NCBI GenBank assembly: GCA_047947115.1
Contig: CP170459.1
Span: 2,784,001-2,848,000 of the forward strand
Length of the DNA: 64,000 bases
Reading direction: 5' to 3'
Source: Verrucomicrobiota bacterium
GTDB taxonomy: Bacteria; Verrucomicrobiota; Verrucomicrobiia; Limisphaerales; AAA164-E04
The notes under the pieces were generated by a model that saw nothing but the letters and a program-made list of their open reading frames with translations, was not told where the DNA came from and made no database searches. Numbering within the stretch: the stretch's first letter is position 1; each line of letters opens with the position of its first letter. Position numbers and translations under genes: made by a program. Positions 46,160 through 55,987 of the stretch are shown here, piece after piece.

Positions 46160-49100
46160 GGGATTTGTAGTAATTCAGATTCGGTCCAGGGATGCTGGCG
46201 ATCCTGTGTTTTTTGACGGATTTCTAAAATTCTCGAAGTCTCCACCGGCTTGGCATCTTGTCCCCAAGCCTGACGGATAAATGTTAAAATCGAAGCAATC
46301 TGCGTGTCATCCAGTGCTGCGATGGGAGGCATTTCGGCCAGAATTTCAGGTGGTGCATACTGTTGGCTTCCCACCCGGATCGGTCCCTGTGCTCCGTGCA
46401 AAACGATGCGAGTCAGGCGCTCAATCGAGCCCTCCACCCACTGAGATCCACGCAAGGGAGGTGCCTGTGCCTTCACCCCTTCGCCCGATGCCCCGTGGCA
46501 CCCCGCACAGATCATCTGGTAGAGTTGCCCGCCTTCCGAATCGGATGTTGGATCCGTCCCTTCATTGCTTCGTTGCTTCGCTGCTTGCAGGGCGGATTCA
46601 TAGTTTGGATGTCCGGGCCAGACCAAATGATCGGCAAGGTCGTTCATGAGGTCGGCAAGCGGTGAGGTTGTCATTTCATTCCATTGCTCGAACGCGGCGG
46701 GTTTTCGATTGAGAACGAACGGAGTGGTGGAACTGCTGATTAATTGGCCGCGTATGCCGGTCAGAACGGCAAGTGTTCGCCAAGGGTGGGTGGTTGATTG
46801 GTTTGCGGCCAGGTCCAACAGGATGTCCAATTGAGTGGCGTTGTTGGACGCGGTGATGGCTTCGGCCAATGATTCAGCAAGTTGTGCGTAGCCTGGTTGC
46901 TGTTCCTTCCAGTCGGGACGTGTGAACAGGAGTTGAAGGAAATTGAGTTCCCAATCCTGGAGCCCGCTCAGGATCGCTTCTCTAATCAGGTAAGCGTCGG
47001 CATGCTTTGCTGCAATATCGCTCATGAGCGGAAGCGAATTGGGTTGGGGTAAATTGCCCGCTGTCAGGGCAGCTTGAAAGACCACATTTTGATTGGACTT
47101 GGCAGCGATCGATTCGAGCTGTTCCAGCAGAGAAGCCGATCGTTCAGGTGAGTGCCGGCTCAAAGAATCCGCAACGCGAATGGCTGCCACCTGAACATGT
47201 GGATCCCCATGGTGAGTTGCCTGTAAGATGCTTTGCCATACCTCTTCGGCAAATGGGCGAGGGGCCAGGTCCAGCGATGCGTCGATCTCTTTGACAATCA
47301 CGGTGCGGTGGGTGGGGGGGATGGCCTGTTTGAATGCGACCAGCAAACCTTCCAGTGTCCACAAAGCATGCTCGACACTCACCGGATGGGGCGATGTTTT
47401 GATCAGGTTTTGCAGGAGAGGAATGATGGATGGATCCCTACGCTCCACGAGCAAACGTTGAGCCGTGTCTCTCGTCCATCCGTTATTGTGTTCAAGTTGC
47501 TTCACCAACTGGTGATTCTCCATACGTGAGAGTCGGGATGGACGTTGTCTTGGGCGGGTTGGATCAATGATCCGATACATGCGTCCAAAATGGATTCCCT
47601 TGTCCAATTCACGCGCGATGGTTTCCTTGCGGAGATAATCCGTCATAAACATCCCATACTGAGCGACACCGCGATACATATCCAGCAGCCACAAGGTCCC
47701 GTCGGGTCCGTTATAAATGTTGACCGGGCGGAATCGTTCGTCGGTTGAGTCGATGAATTCCCGGTCGTCATAGGCTTGAGTTGCCGAAAGGTTCAGCGGG
47801 CTTTCGGTAACGGTGTTTCGTTTGACAATATTTGCCGCCGGGTCGCATACGAAAGCATTCCCGACAAAGCTTGGATCAAATTGATTTCCCCGATAGATCA
47901 ACGGGCTGCAGGAAGAAGCAAATACATGGAGGTGTCCGCGTTCATCCAGCACCTCAGGCAGGTAGCCGCGATTGACCGCGGTGTTCATGCGTCTGGTGTA
48001 AACGCTTTGATCGGTCGCGATGAAAAGATTAAGGCCCGCTGTCGATGGGTAGTTCTTGTTGCGTCCCATCCTGTTGGGAGGTGTGAAATCCCCCAGCAAT
48101 TGACTGTTGTTGACGTTGTAGAACAATCGGCCATGGAGATCCTGGGTCATGCCCCACTGACCGCGCAGTTCGGTTTTTTCCTTGACCCATTTGCCATCGA
48201 CCAGACGGTATCTCCAAGGCGATCTGCCATTATAGATCCAATTGTCCATGGCCAGCATGAGGCCATTGGGAGCGTGTTCGATGTTGCTGCGTCCGTAGCT
48301 GGCGTCGATGAGGAGTCGCAGGTCCGCGTGTCCGTCGTTGTTGGTGTCCTGAGCGAACTGGAGGGTGTAGTCTTCGACGAATAGCACTCCGTTGTGGGTT
48401 GCCAGTACGGCACGTGGCACGATGAGTCCATCGATGAAAACCGAGGAGCGATCCATGACCCCGTCACCATTGTCGTCCACCAATTTAGAGATGCGCCCGA
48501 TGGGATTCCTTTCCCCCGAGCGATCCAGATCCAGCATGAAACTCCGCATTTCCACCACGTATGCCGTGCCATCCGCATCAAAAGACATGGCCACCGGTTC
48601 CTGGATCATGGGATCGGAGGCTGCCAGCAGCATATTGAATGGGGCTGGGAGTGTCATGGTGTCCAAAGATTCCGCTGGGGTGAGGACCGGGGAAGGGGGG
48701 GGGCTCGGGAGGTCTTTGCGAAGTCCCTGGGACTCGCTTCCTGTGGCACCGCTCATGTTGGTTTTCGGGACAGCTTTCCTCAATCCTTCCAATAAAACGG
48801 AAACTCCCAGCTGACTTGTCTGTGATTCTTTGGTCCAGGATTCAAACCATGTATTTGCCTGGTTGCTGAATTCAGTGAATGACAAGTCTCCATCCCTGTT
48901 CGAGTCGAGTGCCACGAAGAATCCAAGGAAACGATTTGGCAGCATGCTGCGGGATGTGGTTCGGCGACCGCTGGTTCCCGCTGTCAACAGCGCGGGCATG
49001 AGGTTCAGGAATTCGGCTTGTGAAATGCGTGAAGACGAGTCGATGCCCAAGCGTTGTTCCCAGTCCAGCACGACCGATGTCCACTCCTGAAGGTTCAGTT

Positions 49101-49266
49101 GAGCATCCCCGTTCTGATCGCCTTGTTGAATCCATGCCTGAACAATTGTTTCCTCGGGGGAAACAAAGGAGCGGCGGCGATTGGGTGCCTCATTGCTTTG
49201 TGCGTGCAGGGACGACATGATGGTCGTCAAGGTGCACACAGCAAGAATGAGGTGTTGAGATTTCAT
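46156..49266 (-). CDS. PVC-type membrane-bound dehydrogenase-like protein: EF-hand-like N-terminus, beta-propeller, HEAT repeats, cytochrome c
   Basis: DQNGDAQL/DSNRDGDL loops; EPVAMSFDADG, DDNGDGVMD, RFRPVN..GPDGTL..DMYR; GWTRDTAQRLL; CAGCHG...MPP. Confidence 0.87.
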   Translation of the reverse strand: MKSQHLILAVCTLTTIMSSLHAQSNEAPNRRRSFVSPEETIVQAWIQQGDQNGDAQLNLQEWTSVVLDWEQRLGIDSSSRISQAEFLNLMPALLTAGTSGRRTTSRSMLPNRFLGFFVALDSNRDGDLSFTEFSNQANTWFESWTKESQTSQLGVSVLLEGLRKAVPKTNMSGATGSESQGLRKDLPSPPPSPVLTPAESLDTMTLPAPFNMLLAASDPMIQEPVAMSFDADGTAYVVEMRSFMLDLDRSGERNPIGRISKLVDDNGDGVMDRSSVFIDGLIVPRAVLATHNGVLFVEDYTLQFAQDTNNDGHADLRLLIDASYGRSNIEHAPNGLMLAMDNWIYNGRSPWRYRLVDGKWVKEKTELRGQWGMTQDLHGRLFYNVNNSQLLGDFTPPNRMGRNKNYPSTAGLNLFIATDQSVYTRRMNTAVNRGYLPEVLDERGHLHVFASSCSPLIYRGNQFDPSFVGNAFVCDPAANIVKRNTVTESPLNLSATQAYDDREFIDSTDERFRPVNIYNGPDGTLWLLDMYRGVAQYGMFMTDYLRKETIARELDKGIHFGRMYRIIDPTRPRQRPSRLSRMENHQLVKQLEHNNGWTRDTAQRLLVERRDPSIIPLLQNLIKTSPHPVSVEHALWTLEGLLVAFKQAIPPTHRTVIVKEIDASLDLAPRPFAEEVWQSILQATHHGDPHVQVAAIRVADSLSRHSPERSASLLEQLESIAAKSNQNVVFQAALTAGNLPQPNSLPLMSDIAAKHADAYLIREAILSGLQDWELNFLQLLFTRPDWKEQQPGYAQLAESLAEAITASNNATQLDILLDLAANQSTTHPWRTLAVLTGIRGQLISSSTTPFVLNRKPAAFEQWNEMTTSPLADLMNDLADHLVWPGHPNYESALQAAKQRSNEGTDPTSDSEGGQLYQMICAGCHGASGEGVKAQAPPLRGSQWVEGSIERLTRIVLHGAQGPIRVGSQQYAPPEILAEMPPIAALDDTQIASILTFIRQAWGQDAKPVETSRILEIRQKTQDRQHPWTESELLQIP

Positions 49267-49308
49267 GAGCGGATCGTGCCAGTCCCGACATGTCGTGTCG
49301 TGGCTTTC

Positions 49309-50244
49309 CTAGAAAGGCGACACACCTTTGGTGCGCATTTGGATGCCATACACTGATTTACTGGCGGTAATGAACAAGAGGTCGTTGTTTTTTCCTCCAA
49401 AAGTGACATTTGCAGTCCAACCTCCCGGGACAGGGATGTGTTGGATTTTTTCGCCTTCGGGATTGTAAACGGTGACTCCGCGTCCGGTGAGATAAACGTT
49501 GCCTTCGTTATCAATGGTCATGCCGTCGGACCCCAGTTCGCAGAACAAGCGTTTGTTGATCACGTTACCATCCTCCTGGATGTCGAAGGCATAGGTTTTA
49601 CGTCCTCCAATGTCCGCGACATAAAGTGTTTTACCGTCCGGCGTGCCGATCAGCCCGTTCGGTTGTTTGAAATCATCCGCAACCCGCACGGGTTTGACCG
49701 TACCTTTCTGAAGGAAATACAGGTGTTGCCCATCTTGCTGCATGGCTGGATCGCGTTCCCAATAGTTGCGCGGATAGAGAGGATCTGTGAAATAGATGCC
49801 TCCATCGGGGCGGATCCAAAGGTCATTGGGGCCGTTCATCAGTTTGTTGTCGTATTGGTTCAGAATGACCGTGTGCTCTTTGTCGGGCGTGATGGACCAA
49901 AGTTCGTTCCTGCCATCGGCACAGGCCCAGAGATTGCCGTCTTTGTCGAAAAATGTTCCGTTGGATCGTCCGGCCGGTTTCAGCCAATCAGAAAAGGAAC
50001 CATCTTCGGCGTCCCATCGAACAATGCGGTCGTTGGGTTGATCGGTGAAAAACACATTGCCATGGCGATCTGCGGAGGGGCCTTCCGTGAAATTAAATCC
50101 ACTTCCCAATTGTTTGAGTTGAGCGCCGGGGGCGGTGACTGCCGGTTGTTGATTTTCAGCGACTGCATCCTGCGCACTCGTGATTGGCATGGCACTCAGG
50201 CATAGGCATCCTGCTATCCATTGTAGATTGATCAGTTTTTTCAT
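49309..50244 (-). CDS. SMP-30/gluconolactonase family protein with signal peptide
   Basis: FTEGP, NGPNDL, YFTDP, PNGLIGTPDG, SDGMTID and ANVTFGG motifs. Confidence 0.93.
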   Translation of the reverse strand: MKKLINLQWIAGCLCLSAMPITSAQDAVAENQQPAVTAPGAQLKQLGSGFNFTEGPSADRHGNVFFTDQPNDRIVRWDAEDGSFSDWLKPAGRSNGTFFDKDGNLWACADGRNELWSITPDKEHTVILNQYDNKLMNGPNDLWIRPDGGIYFTDPLYPRNYWERDPAMQQDGQHLYFLQKGTVKPVRVADDFKQPNGLIGTPDGKTLYVADIGGRKTYAFDIQEDGNVINKRLFCELGSDGMTIDNEGNVYLTGRGVTVYNPEGEKIQHIPVPGGWTANVTFGGKNNDLLFITASKSVYGIQMRTKGVSPF

Positions 50245-50426
50245 AGGGAATGAGCCGATATTAGCGGGATGACGGTGTTGCGCAATCCTTGAATAAGGAG
50301 TGCCATCACTTATCATGCCGGCCCGATTTCATCCATGGACAGGTTAAGACTTGAGCTCAATGCCGTACTCTGGCAATAAGGGGCGGTTGCGCGAAATGAA
50401 TTTTCGGACCCCAACGTCAAGACAGC

Positions 50427-51080
50427 ATGAACACTGCCCAGGCACAATTGAAAGCCATGGACGGATTCCACAGGGATCTGTCGGCTTTGTGTTGTCGTCT
50501 CGGGAATGATGCCTCCTTGACGGGGCTTCCTGGCTCCATACGTCTGGAACAGGTGACAGATTCCGACTCATTCCTTGTGTTCATACGCCAATACAAGGAA
50601 CACATTCTTGAGCCCATCGAACTTCCGGCCATAGCATCTGCCATGACCTTGTGTTCCCAAAATGCCTTGCGCGAACTTCTGGATCTGGATGCAGGCCTGG
50701 GCAAGGAGCCTTTTATGAAGGTGTTTGCTGAATCCAGTCGAACTCTGGGGCGAAACCAGCTTCGCAAACTGAGGGGATTACATGATGTCCGGATGCTTTC
50801 CCGTTATCGAAATGCCGTTCTGGACGGGAAGGCGTATGGATGGCACCTGCTTGTCTACGGCATGGTTTTGCACATGTTTTCCATACCGCTCAGGCAGGGG
50901 CTGGCCAAGTATCAGACGCAGGTGCTTCTTGGTTTTGGGCAGGCTGCCTGTCAGTCTTTGCGATGGTCCGAAAAGGAATGGTTGAAGGTGAGGCACCAGC
51001 TTGAATCTTTTTCGGCGCCTTCACTTGAAGGGATATTGGCCGAGAAGGGATCCGGAACTCCCTTGTTGTCGATTGTTTGA
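50427..51080 (+). CDS. UreF-like (urease accessory family) helical protein
   Basis: ELLDLD, SRTLGRNQL, H..VYG pattern resembles UreF; no urease genes nearby. Confidence 0.55.
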   Translation: MNTAQAQLKAMDGFHRDLSALCCRLGNDASLTGLPGSIRLEQVTDSDSFLVFIRQYKEHILEPIELPAIASAMTLCSQNALRELLDLDAGLGKEPFMKVFAESSRTLGRNQLRKLRGLHDVRMLSRYRNAVLDGKAYGWHLLVYGMVLHMFSIPLRQGLAKYQTQVLLGFGQAACQSLRWSEKEWLKVRHQLESFSAPSLEGILAEKGSGTPLLSIV

Positions 51081-51090
51081 CCGGTGAGTT

Positions 51091-51849
51091 TCAGGGCCGA
51101 GGAGTGTGTTTTCTTCGGAATGTCGAAAACATCTCCCCATCGCAGCAGTGGTATTCGGTGCATTCAAACGATGCGGCTTGAGGAAGGCTCGTAAAACCTT
51201 TTCCATCACTCATGGTTGAATGACGGGTGCCTCCGTAAACGAGAGGGGCTACCGTCAGGAATATTTCATCCACCAAATTCGCCCTGAACATCGCATCATT
51301 GAGTTTGCCCCCTCCTTCCAACACCATGCGTCTCATATTCCAATGCTCATGCAACCATGCGATCAACTTCCGAAGGTCGACGGATTCTTTTCCAAATGAT
51401 CTGACTTCAATCCACGGCTTTAGGTGAAAGGTTGCCTTCAACAGTTGTTTTCCCGCTGTAGTGGTGGCAATCAGTGTGGGGGCCTTTTTGTTTTGAAACA
51501 CTTTGCAGTCCGGACTCAAGCTTCCCGACCCCGAGACAATGATCTTTCGAGGGTGGATTTCCAAGCCGCATGCGGCGCGCATGGATTCGTATCGACGGCC
51601 CCCTGTGCCCAGGTCGATCGGGCCTGATTCAATGGTGCCACGTCCGCAGATGATGGCATCCATGGTGGCTCGGATCCGGAGTAATCGGTTGTGGTCACGG
51701 CGGCTTCCAAATGCCGACATGGGATCCATGGTTTGTCGGGGGGTGGATTCGAGCGATGGATGATGAGGGCCGCTGACCTTTCCATCGGCGGTCATCAGCA
51801 TATTGACAGCCATCCACGGGCGTTTTGATGGGTTCGTTTCCGGTGTCAT
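51091..51849 (-). CDS. RibD C-terminal (pyrimidine reductase/DHFR-like) domain protein
   Basis: MTADGK, DAIICGRGT, VLEGGGKLN and LVDEIFLTVAP..GG motifs. Confidence 0.88.
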   Translation of the reverse strand: MTPETNPSKRPWMAVNMLMTADGKVSGPHHPSLESTPRQTMDPMSAFGSRRDHNRLLRIRATMDAIICGRGTIESGPIDLGTGGRRYESMRAACGLEIHPRKIIVSGSGSLSPDCKVFQNKKAPTLIATTTAGKQLLKATFHLKPWIEVRSFGKESVDLRKLIAWLHEHWNMRRMVLEGGGKLNDAMFRANLVDEIFLTVAPLVYGGTRHSTMSDGKGFTSLPQAASFECTEYHCCDGEMFSTFRRKHTPRP

Positions 51850-51867
51850 GTTCAGGTAAGGATCAGA

Positions 51868-52974
51868 TCAGGCCAGGATCATGGCATCGCCGTAACTGAA
51901 AAAACGGTAACGGTTTTGGATGGCTTCTTGGTATGCCTTCCGAATGAGATCCAGTCCATCTGTTTTCCCAGGACTCGCGAATGCGGATACCAGCATCAAT
52001 AACGTGCTTTTGGGAAGGTGAAAGTTGGTGATCAGTTGGTCCGTTAGTTTGAAATCATATGGAGGATAGATGAAGATGTCGGTTCGTCCCTGGAGGGGGG
52101 CCGTTGATTGGCCGGGCTGCCAGATGCGGGCGAGCGATTCCAGTACTCTGAGGCTGGTTGTGCCGACTGCGGTAATCTTGCCGCCTCCGGAACGTGTTTT
52201 TTGAATGGCTTTCAGTGTGTTGGTCGATACCTGAAAACGTTCTTCATGCATTTTGTGATCGGTTATCCATTCTGCTTGCACTGGTGCGAACGTGCCCAAT
52301 CCGACGTGTAAAGTCACCCAGGCGACTTCGACGCCGGCGTTGCGAATGTGATCCAGAAGTTCCGGTGTGTAGTGCAATCCGGCTGTCGGGGCGGCGACGG
52401 AACCCCGGGGATCTGCATACACTGTTTGATATCTTTCCTTGTCCTCTTCAGTAGGGTGGTCCTTTCTTTGAATATAGGGGGGCAGGGGCATTTCCCCCAG
52501 TTCATCGATACAGTCCAAAATGGGGGCATTTCCCGAAAATTCCACATGATATCGTCCGTCTTCGGTTTTATCGAGCACTTCGGCTGACATGTTGGACAGA
52601 TTTCCTTTCAGGTTGTGCAGGTTGATACGAGTTCCCGGACGCACTCTTTTGCCAGGTTTGAGCATGACCAGCCATTGGTTGGGCTGGGTTTCCTCCACCA
52701 GCAACAATTCCATTTTGCCTCCCGTTCCTTGCTTCTCGCCTCGCAGGCGTGCCGGGATGACTTTGGTGTTGTTCAGGATCAGGAGATCCCCTTTTTGTAG
52801 AAAATCCAGATGATCCGGGAAGCTTCGATGCGACACAGTCAGGTTCTTGCGGTGGATCGCCAGTAAACGTGAGCGATCCCTCGCATCCGGTGTTGGATGC
52901 TGCGCGATCAGGTCCGCTGGGAGTTCGAAATCAAAATCCTCCGTTCGAAATGCGTGTTCTTGGAGCGTTGCCAT
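51868..52974 (-). CDS. queA: S-adenosylmethionine:tRNA ribosyltransferase-isomerase
   Basis: DFDFELPADLIAQHP, PLPPYI, GSVAAPTAGLH, TNFHLPKSTL and YRFFSYGDAM motifs. Confidence 0.98.
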   Translation of the reverse strand: MATLQEHAFRTEDFDFELPADLIAQHPTPDARDRSRLLAIHRKNLTVSHRSFPDHLDFLQKGDLLILNNTKVIPARLRGEKQGTGGKMELLLVEETQPNQWLVMLKPGKRVRPGTRINLHNLKGNLSNMSAEVLDKTEDGRYHVEFSGNAPILDCIDELGEMPLPPYIQRKDHPTEEDKERYQTVYADPRGSVAAPTAGLHYTPELLDHIRNAGVEVAWVTLHVGLGTFAPVQAEWITDHKMHEERFQVSTNTLKAIQKTRSGGGKITAVGTTSLRVLESLARIWQPGQSTAPLQGRTDIFIYPPYDFKLTDQLITNFHLPKSTLLMLVSAFASPGKTDGLDLIRKAYQEAIQNRYRFFSYGDAMILA

Positions 52975-53101
52975 GAAGTAAAACCATTCCGATAAAACAG
53001 GCTTCATTGCAATAAAAACAAAAGCGTGTATATTGCTTGGTCAATCTTGCCCAAAAATATGCGTTCCGGATACCGATGTACCCAAACCGAGGCGCAAAAC
53101 A

Positions 53102-53407
53102 GTGGGAAAGTAGCCGGGGAGACAAAGTCAAGAGTGGGGGAAGTGCCCAAAAAGCCCGAACCGATAAAGTGAGGCTGCCTCTTGAGAACAGGGTGGGGGA
53201 AAATCCCAATCGTAAAATAAGCGATGTCCAGGCTACTTGGGTGAGTGAAGGAGTATCGTTAAAGTTCTGGTTTTTTGTCGTAAACTGCTCCTAAACATGG
53301 GGGGAATTCTACCTTCCATTTTTAAGTCTAAGCTTACTTTTTCGATATTTCCTATTGACCCGGTGGGGGAAATGACCATTTAATGTGGCGTTCGCCCAAT
53401 AGGTGGC
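53102..53407 (+). promoter_or_regulatory. dcw promoter region with GTGGG (MraZ-box-like) motifs
   Basis: TTGACC (53355)-18 bp-TTTAAT (53379); GTGGG at 53102, 53134, 53193 and 53363; GTGGC at 53385 and 53403. Confidence 0.55.
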
Positions 53408-53436
53408 CCTTCGGGGCGTGATGTGTTTTTACTGGT

Positions 53437-53895
53437 GTGTCCGAGGATCAAACCATGTTTTTGGGTTCGGTGGAATCGAGCCTGGATGCCAAAAGACGAG
53501 TGCAAGTGCCCTCTTCTTGGCGGAATGCGTGTGGTTCTCCGAAGTTTGCGTTGGTCAAGTGGCAGCCCGAACCAAGCGAGAAGCCTTGCATCTTGGGAAT
53601 GATGCCTTCGCTCTTGTTTGATTTTGTCAAAAAGATGAACGCCAAACCTTTTTCGGACCCCAAGGCCGAACGTGTTCGGAGATCGCTCTCGCGTGAAGCT
53701 GCCTTGTTGGAACTGGATTCAGCAGGACGGCTGACTTTGCCGGTGAATTTGATGAATGTCACTGGCTTGGCTCCGAAGAGTAAAATCATGGTCGTAGGCA
53801 TGTTTGACCGGTTTCAAATCTGGAATTTGGACGACTATTTAGGTGTAAGCGAAGAAGACGACAAGGCGTATCCGGATGCGATCAAAGAATTTTAA
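53437..53895 (+). CDS. mraZ: Division/cell wall cluster transcriptional repressor MraZ
   Basis: LDAKRRVQVP, LDSAGRLTLP and VGMFDRFQIW motifs; first gene of the dcw cluster. Confidence 0.93.
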   Translation: MSEDQTMFLGSVESSLDAKRRVQVPSSWRNACGSPKFALVKWQPEPSEKPCILGMMPSLLFDFVKKMNAKPFSDPKAERVRRSLSREAALLELDSAGRLTLPVNLMNVTGLAPKSKIMVVGMFDRFQIWNLDDYLGVSEEDDKAYPDAIKEF

Positions 53896-53906
53896 TCTAC
53901 ATCGGA

Positions 53907-54461
53907 ATGAATTTGAAAAAATATCTGTCAATGGGTCACGTGGTTGAAGACTTGAATCTTCACGGCCGTTATTTGCCCTCGAAGCCCGGGATGATTCCCA
54001 GGTTCGATCATCGCAAACTTGGCGCGGCGCGTACCCATCGCAGTAAGCAAGGAACGAGACATATCGCTTTCAGCACCAAAACGGGTGGAATACAACCCCA
54101 GGAAGAGGCCATGAACGAAACGCACGCAAACACGCAATCTTCCGGCGCACACCGGAAGATTGCGGTTTCTACTCCCACCAAGATTGAGATAAGCGGAACA
54201 CCTCGATCCAGACGGGGCGTATTCAAGAGAGTTCACGGCGGAATACCGAAGTTCCAGCGAGTTGAGGCAGGGGATTACCAACAGGATCTGTTCGAGAAGA
54301 TGATTCCTATCGAACTGGGGCCTGATCATGGACAGTCATTCGAGTTGAAGATCCAGAAAAAAGAGCTGCCACAAGCGGTAGGTCATGAGTTGGAGCCCCC
54401 ACCACCCACACAGTGGAAGCGCATCAAGGGTGCGCTTTCGGGTTGGTTGAGACGCGGATGA
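53907..54461 (+). CDS. Hypothetical protein between mraZ and rsmH (alternative start ATG at 54111 with GAGG SD)
   Basis: Open frame filling the mraZ-rsmH gap, co-oriented; no recognisable motif. Confidence 0.55.
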   Translation: MNLKKYLSMGHVVEDLNLHGRYLPSKPGMIPRFDHRKLGAARTHRSKQGTRHIAFSTKTGGIQPQEEAMNETHANTQSSGAHRKIAVSTPTKIEISGTPRSRRGVFKRVHGGIPKFQRVEAGDYQQDLFEKMIPIELGPDHGQSFELKIQKKELPQAVGHELEPPPPTQWKRIKGALSGWLRRG

Positions 54462-54464
54462 TGG

Positions 54465-55457
54465 GTGATGAAAGACGAGGTGTTCCAGCATCTGTCCGTT
54501 TTGCCGAGGGAGACGCTGGAAGCATTGGAACCTCGCTCGGGAGGTTTGTACCTGGACATGACGCTAGGTGGGGCTGGTCATGCCAGTTTGGTTTTGGAGC
54601 AGAGTGGTCCGGATGGGAAACTTTATGGAACGGATCGAGATGGGGATGCGATAAGGGCTGCTGGTGAACGGCTCAAGCCGTTTGAAGGGAGGTTCGAGAT
54701 ACGACGTTGTCCCTTTGCGGATGTCTCGGATTGGTTGGGGGAAGGAATATGCGACGGTGTGCTGATGGATTTGGGGATCAGTAGTCCGCAAGTTGATTGG
54801 GGGCACAGGGGGTTCAGTTTTATGAAGATGGGAAATCTCGACATGCGAATGGATGTCGGGGATCAAGTGACGGCCGCAGACATCGTGAACACTTGGTCGG
54901 GTGATGAGTTGATCCGGATTTTTCGGCTCTATGGGGAGGAACCCAGGGCGCGAAGAGTGGCTCAAGCCATCACCGAGAGAAGAGCGGTCAAGCCGTTTGA
55001 GACGACACTGCAGTTGGCCGAATGCATTGAAACGGCCCTGGGAAGGCGCGGTGACAAACACCATTCTGCCACCCGGGTTTTTCAGGCCTTGCGGATGCAG
55101 GTGAATGACGAACTGGGGCAGTTGGAAAGAGGGCTTGTGGCAGCGTGGAAGGTTTTAAAGGAACATGGAAAGTTGGTGACTATTTCTTTCCATTCACTTG
55201 AAGCCAGAATGGTCAAGCAGTTTGGGAATTTTTGGTCATTGGATTATCGGGCGGGGGATGCGATGGACACACCTGCTTTGCGGATTCCCAAGCAACCCTG
55301 CGCCCGGTGGTTGTCGCGAAAAGCGGTGAAACCCTCTGTGGAGGAAACCCGGTCCAATCCGCGGGCACGAAGCGCGCAGTTGAGGACATTGATTAAGTTG
55401 CGGGCGTTGCCGGCAGGAGAGGAAATGGATTGGAGAACCGGAAAGCGGTTCCGTTAA
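54465..55457 (+). CDS. rsmH: 16S rRNA m4C1402 methyltransferase
   Basis: HLSVL, DMTLGGAGH, DLGISSPQ, LDMRMD, FQALRM.VN.EL, ISFHSLE and NPRARSAQLR motifs. Confidence 0.97.
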   Translation: MMKDEVFQHLSVLPRETLEALEPRSGGLYLDMTLGGAGHASLVLEQSGPDGKLYGTDRDGDAIRAAGERLKPFEGRFEIRRCPFADVSDWLGEGICDGVLMDLGISSPQVDWGHRGFSFMKMGNLDMRMDVGDQVTAADIVNTWSGDELIRIFRLYGEEPRARRVAQAITERRAVKPFETTLQLAECIETALGRRGDKHHSATRVFQALRMQVNDELGQLERGLVAAWKVLKEHGKLVTISFHSLEARMVKQFGNFWSLDYRAGDAMDTPALRIPKQPCARWLSRKAVKPSVEETRSNPRARSAQLRTLIKLRALPAGEEMDWRTGKRFR

Positions 55458-55567
55458 TAAAAAAATTTTTCAAAGTCGTAAAAGCTCGAAGCCGGAGAGG
55501 ATACCGGATTCTCAGACCCGTGAGCAGGGTTGAACTATGTCGTAAACCATGAAGTCGTTTAATTCGT

Positions 55568-55987
55568 ATGAATGCTTATCATCATCACACAGAAGCGGTC
55601 ATCAGTATCGGATGGTTGGTCCGATGCGCCTCGCTCTGTCTAGTCATCGGCGCAGCCAGCGTCGGTTATCTCTTCCAGAAGGAAGCTCTCCACCATAAGG
55701 CGGATGTTGTCGACCAACTCGAACGCCAATTGCGCAGGCTGCAACGGGAGAATGAACTCAGACGTCAGGAATATGCGTCCTTGATCTCTCCAAAACACCT
55801 CGAGGCAGAGGTGGAAAGACGCCAGCTCAACCTGGTTCCTCCCGGTCCTGAGCATGTCCTGAGCCTTCCCATGCCGAATCCTCAGTTGGTTCGGGCAAAA
55901 AACGATGGAAAGGAATCACGTCGTCGCGCTCCCTTTACCTATAGTCAATTAGCCTCAAAACACTACACACGGAGGTATATGCCATGA
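55568..55987 (+). CDS. ftsL: FtsL-like cell division protein
   Basis: Single TM helix plus coiled coil (LERQLRRLQRENELRRQEYASLISP); lies between rsmH and ftsI. Confidence 0.7.
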   Translation: MNAYHHHTEAVISIGWLVRCASLCLVIGAASVGYLFQKEALHHKADVVDQLERQLRRLQRENELRRQEYASLISPKHLEAEVERRQLNLVPPGPEHVLSLPMPNPQLVRAKNDGKESRRRAPFTYSQLASKHYTRRYMP

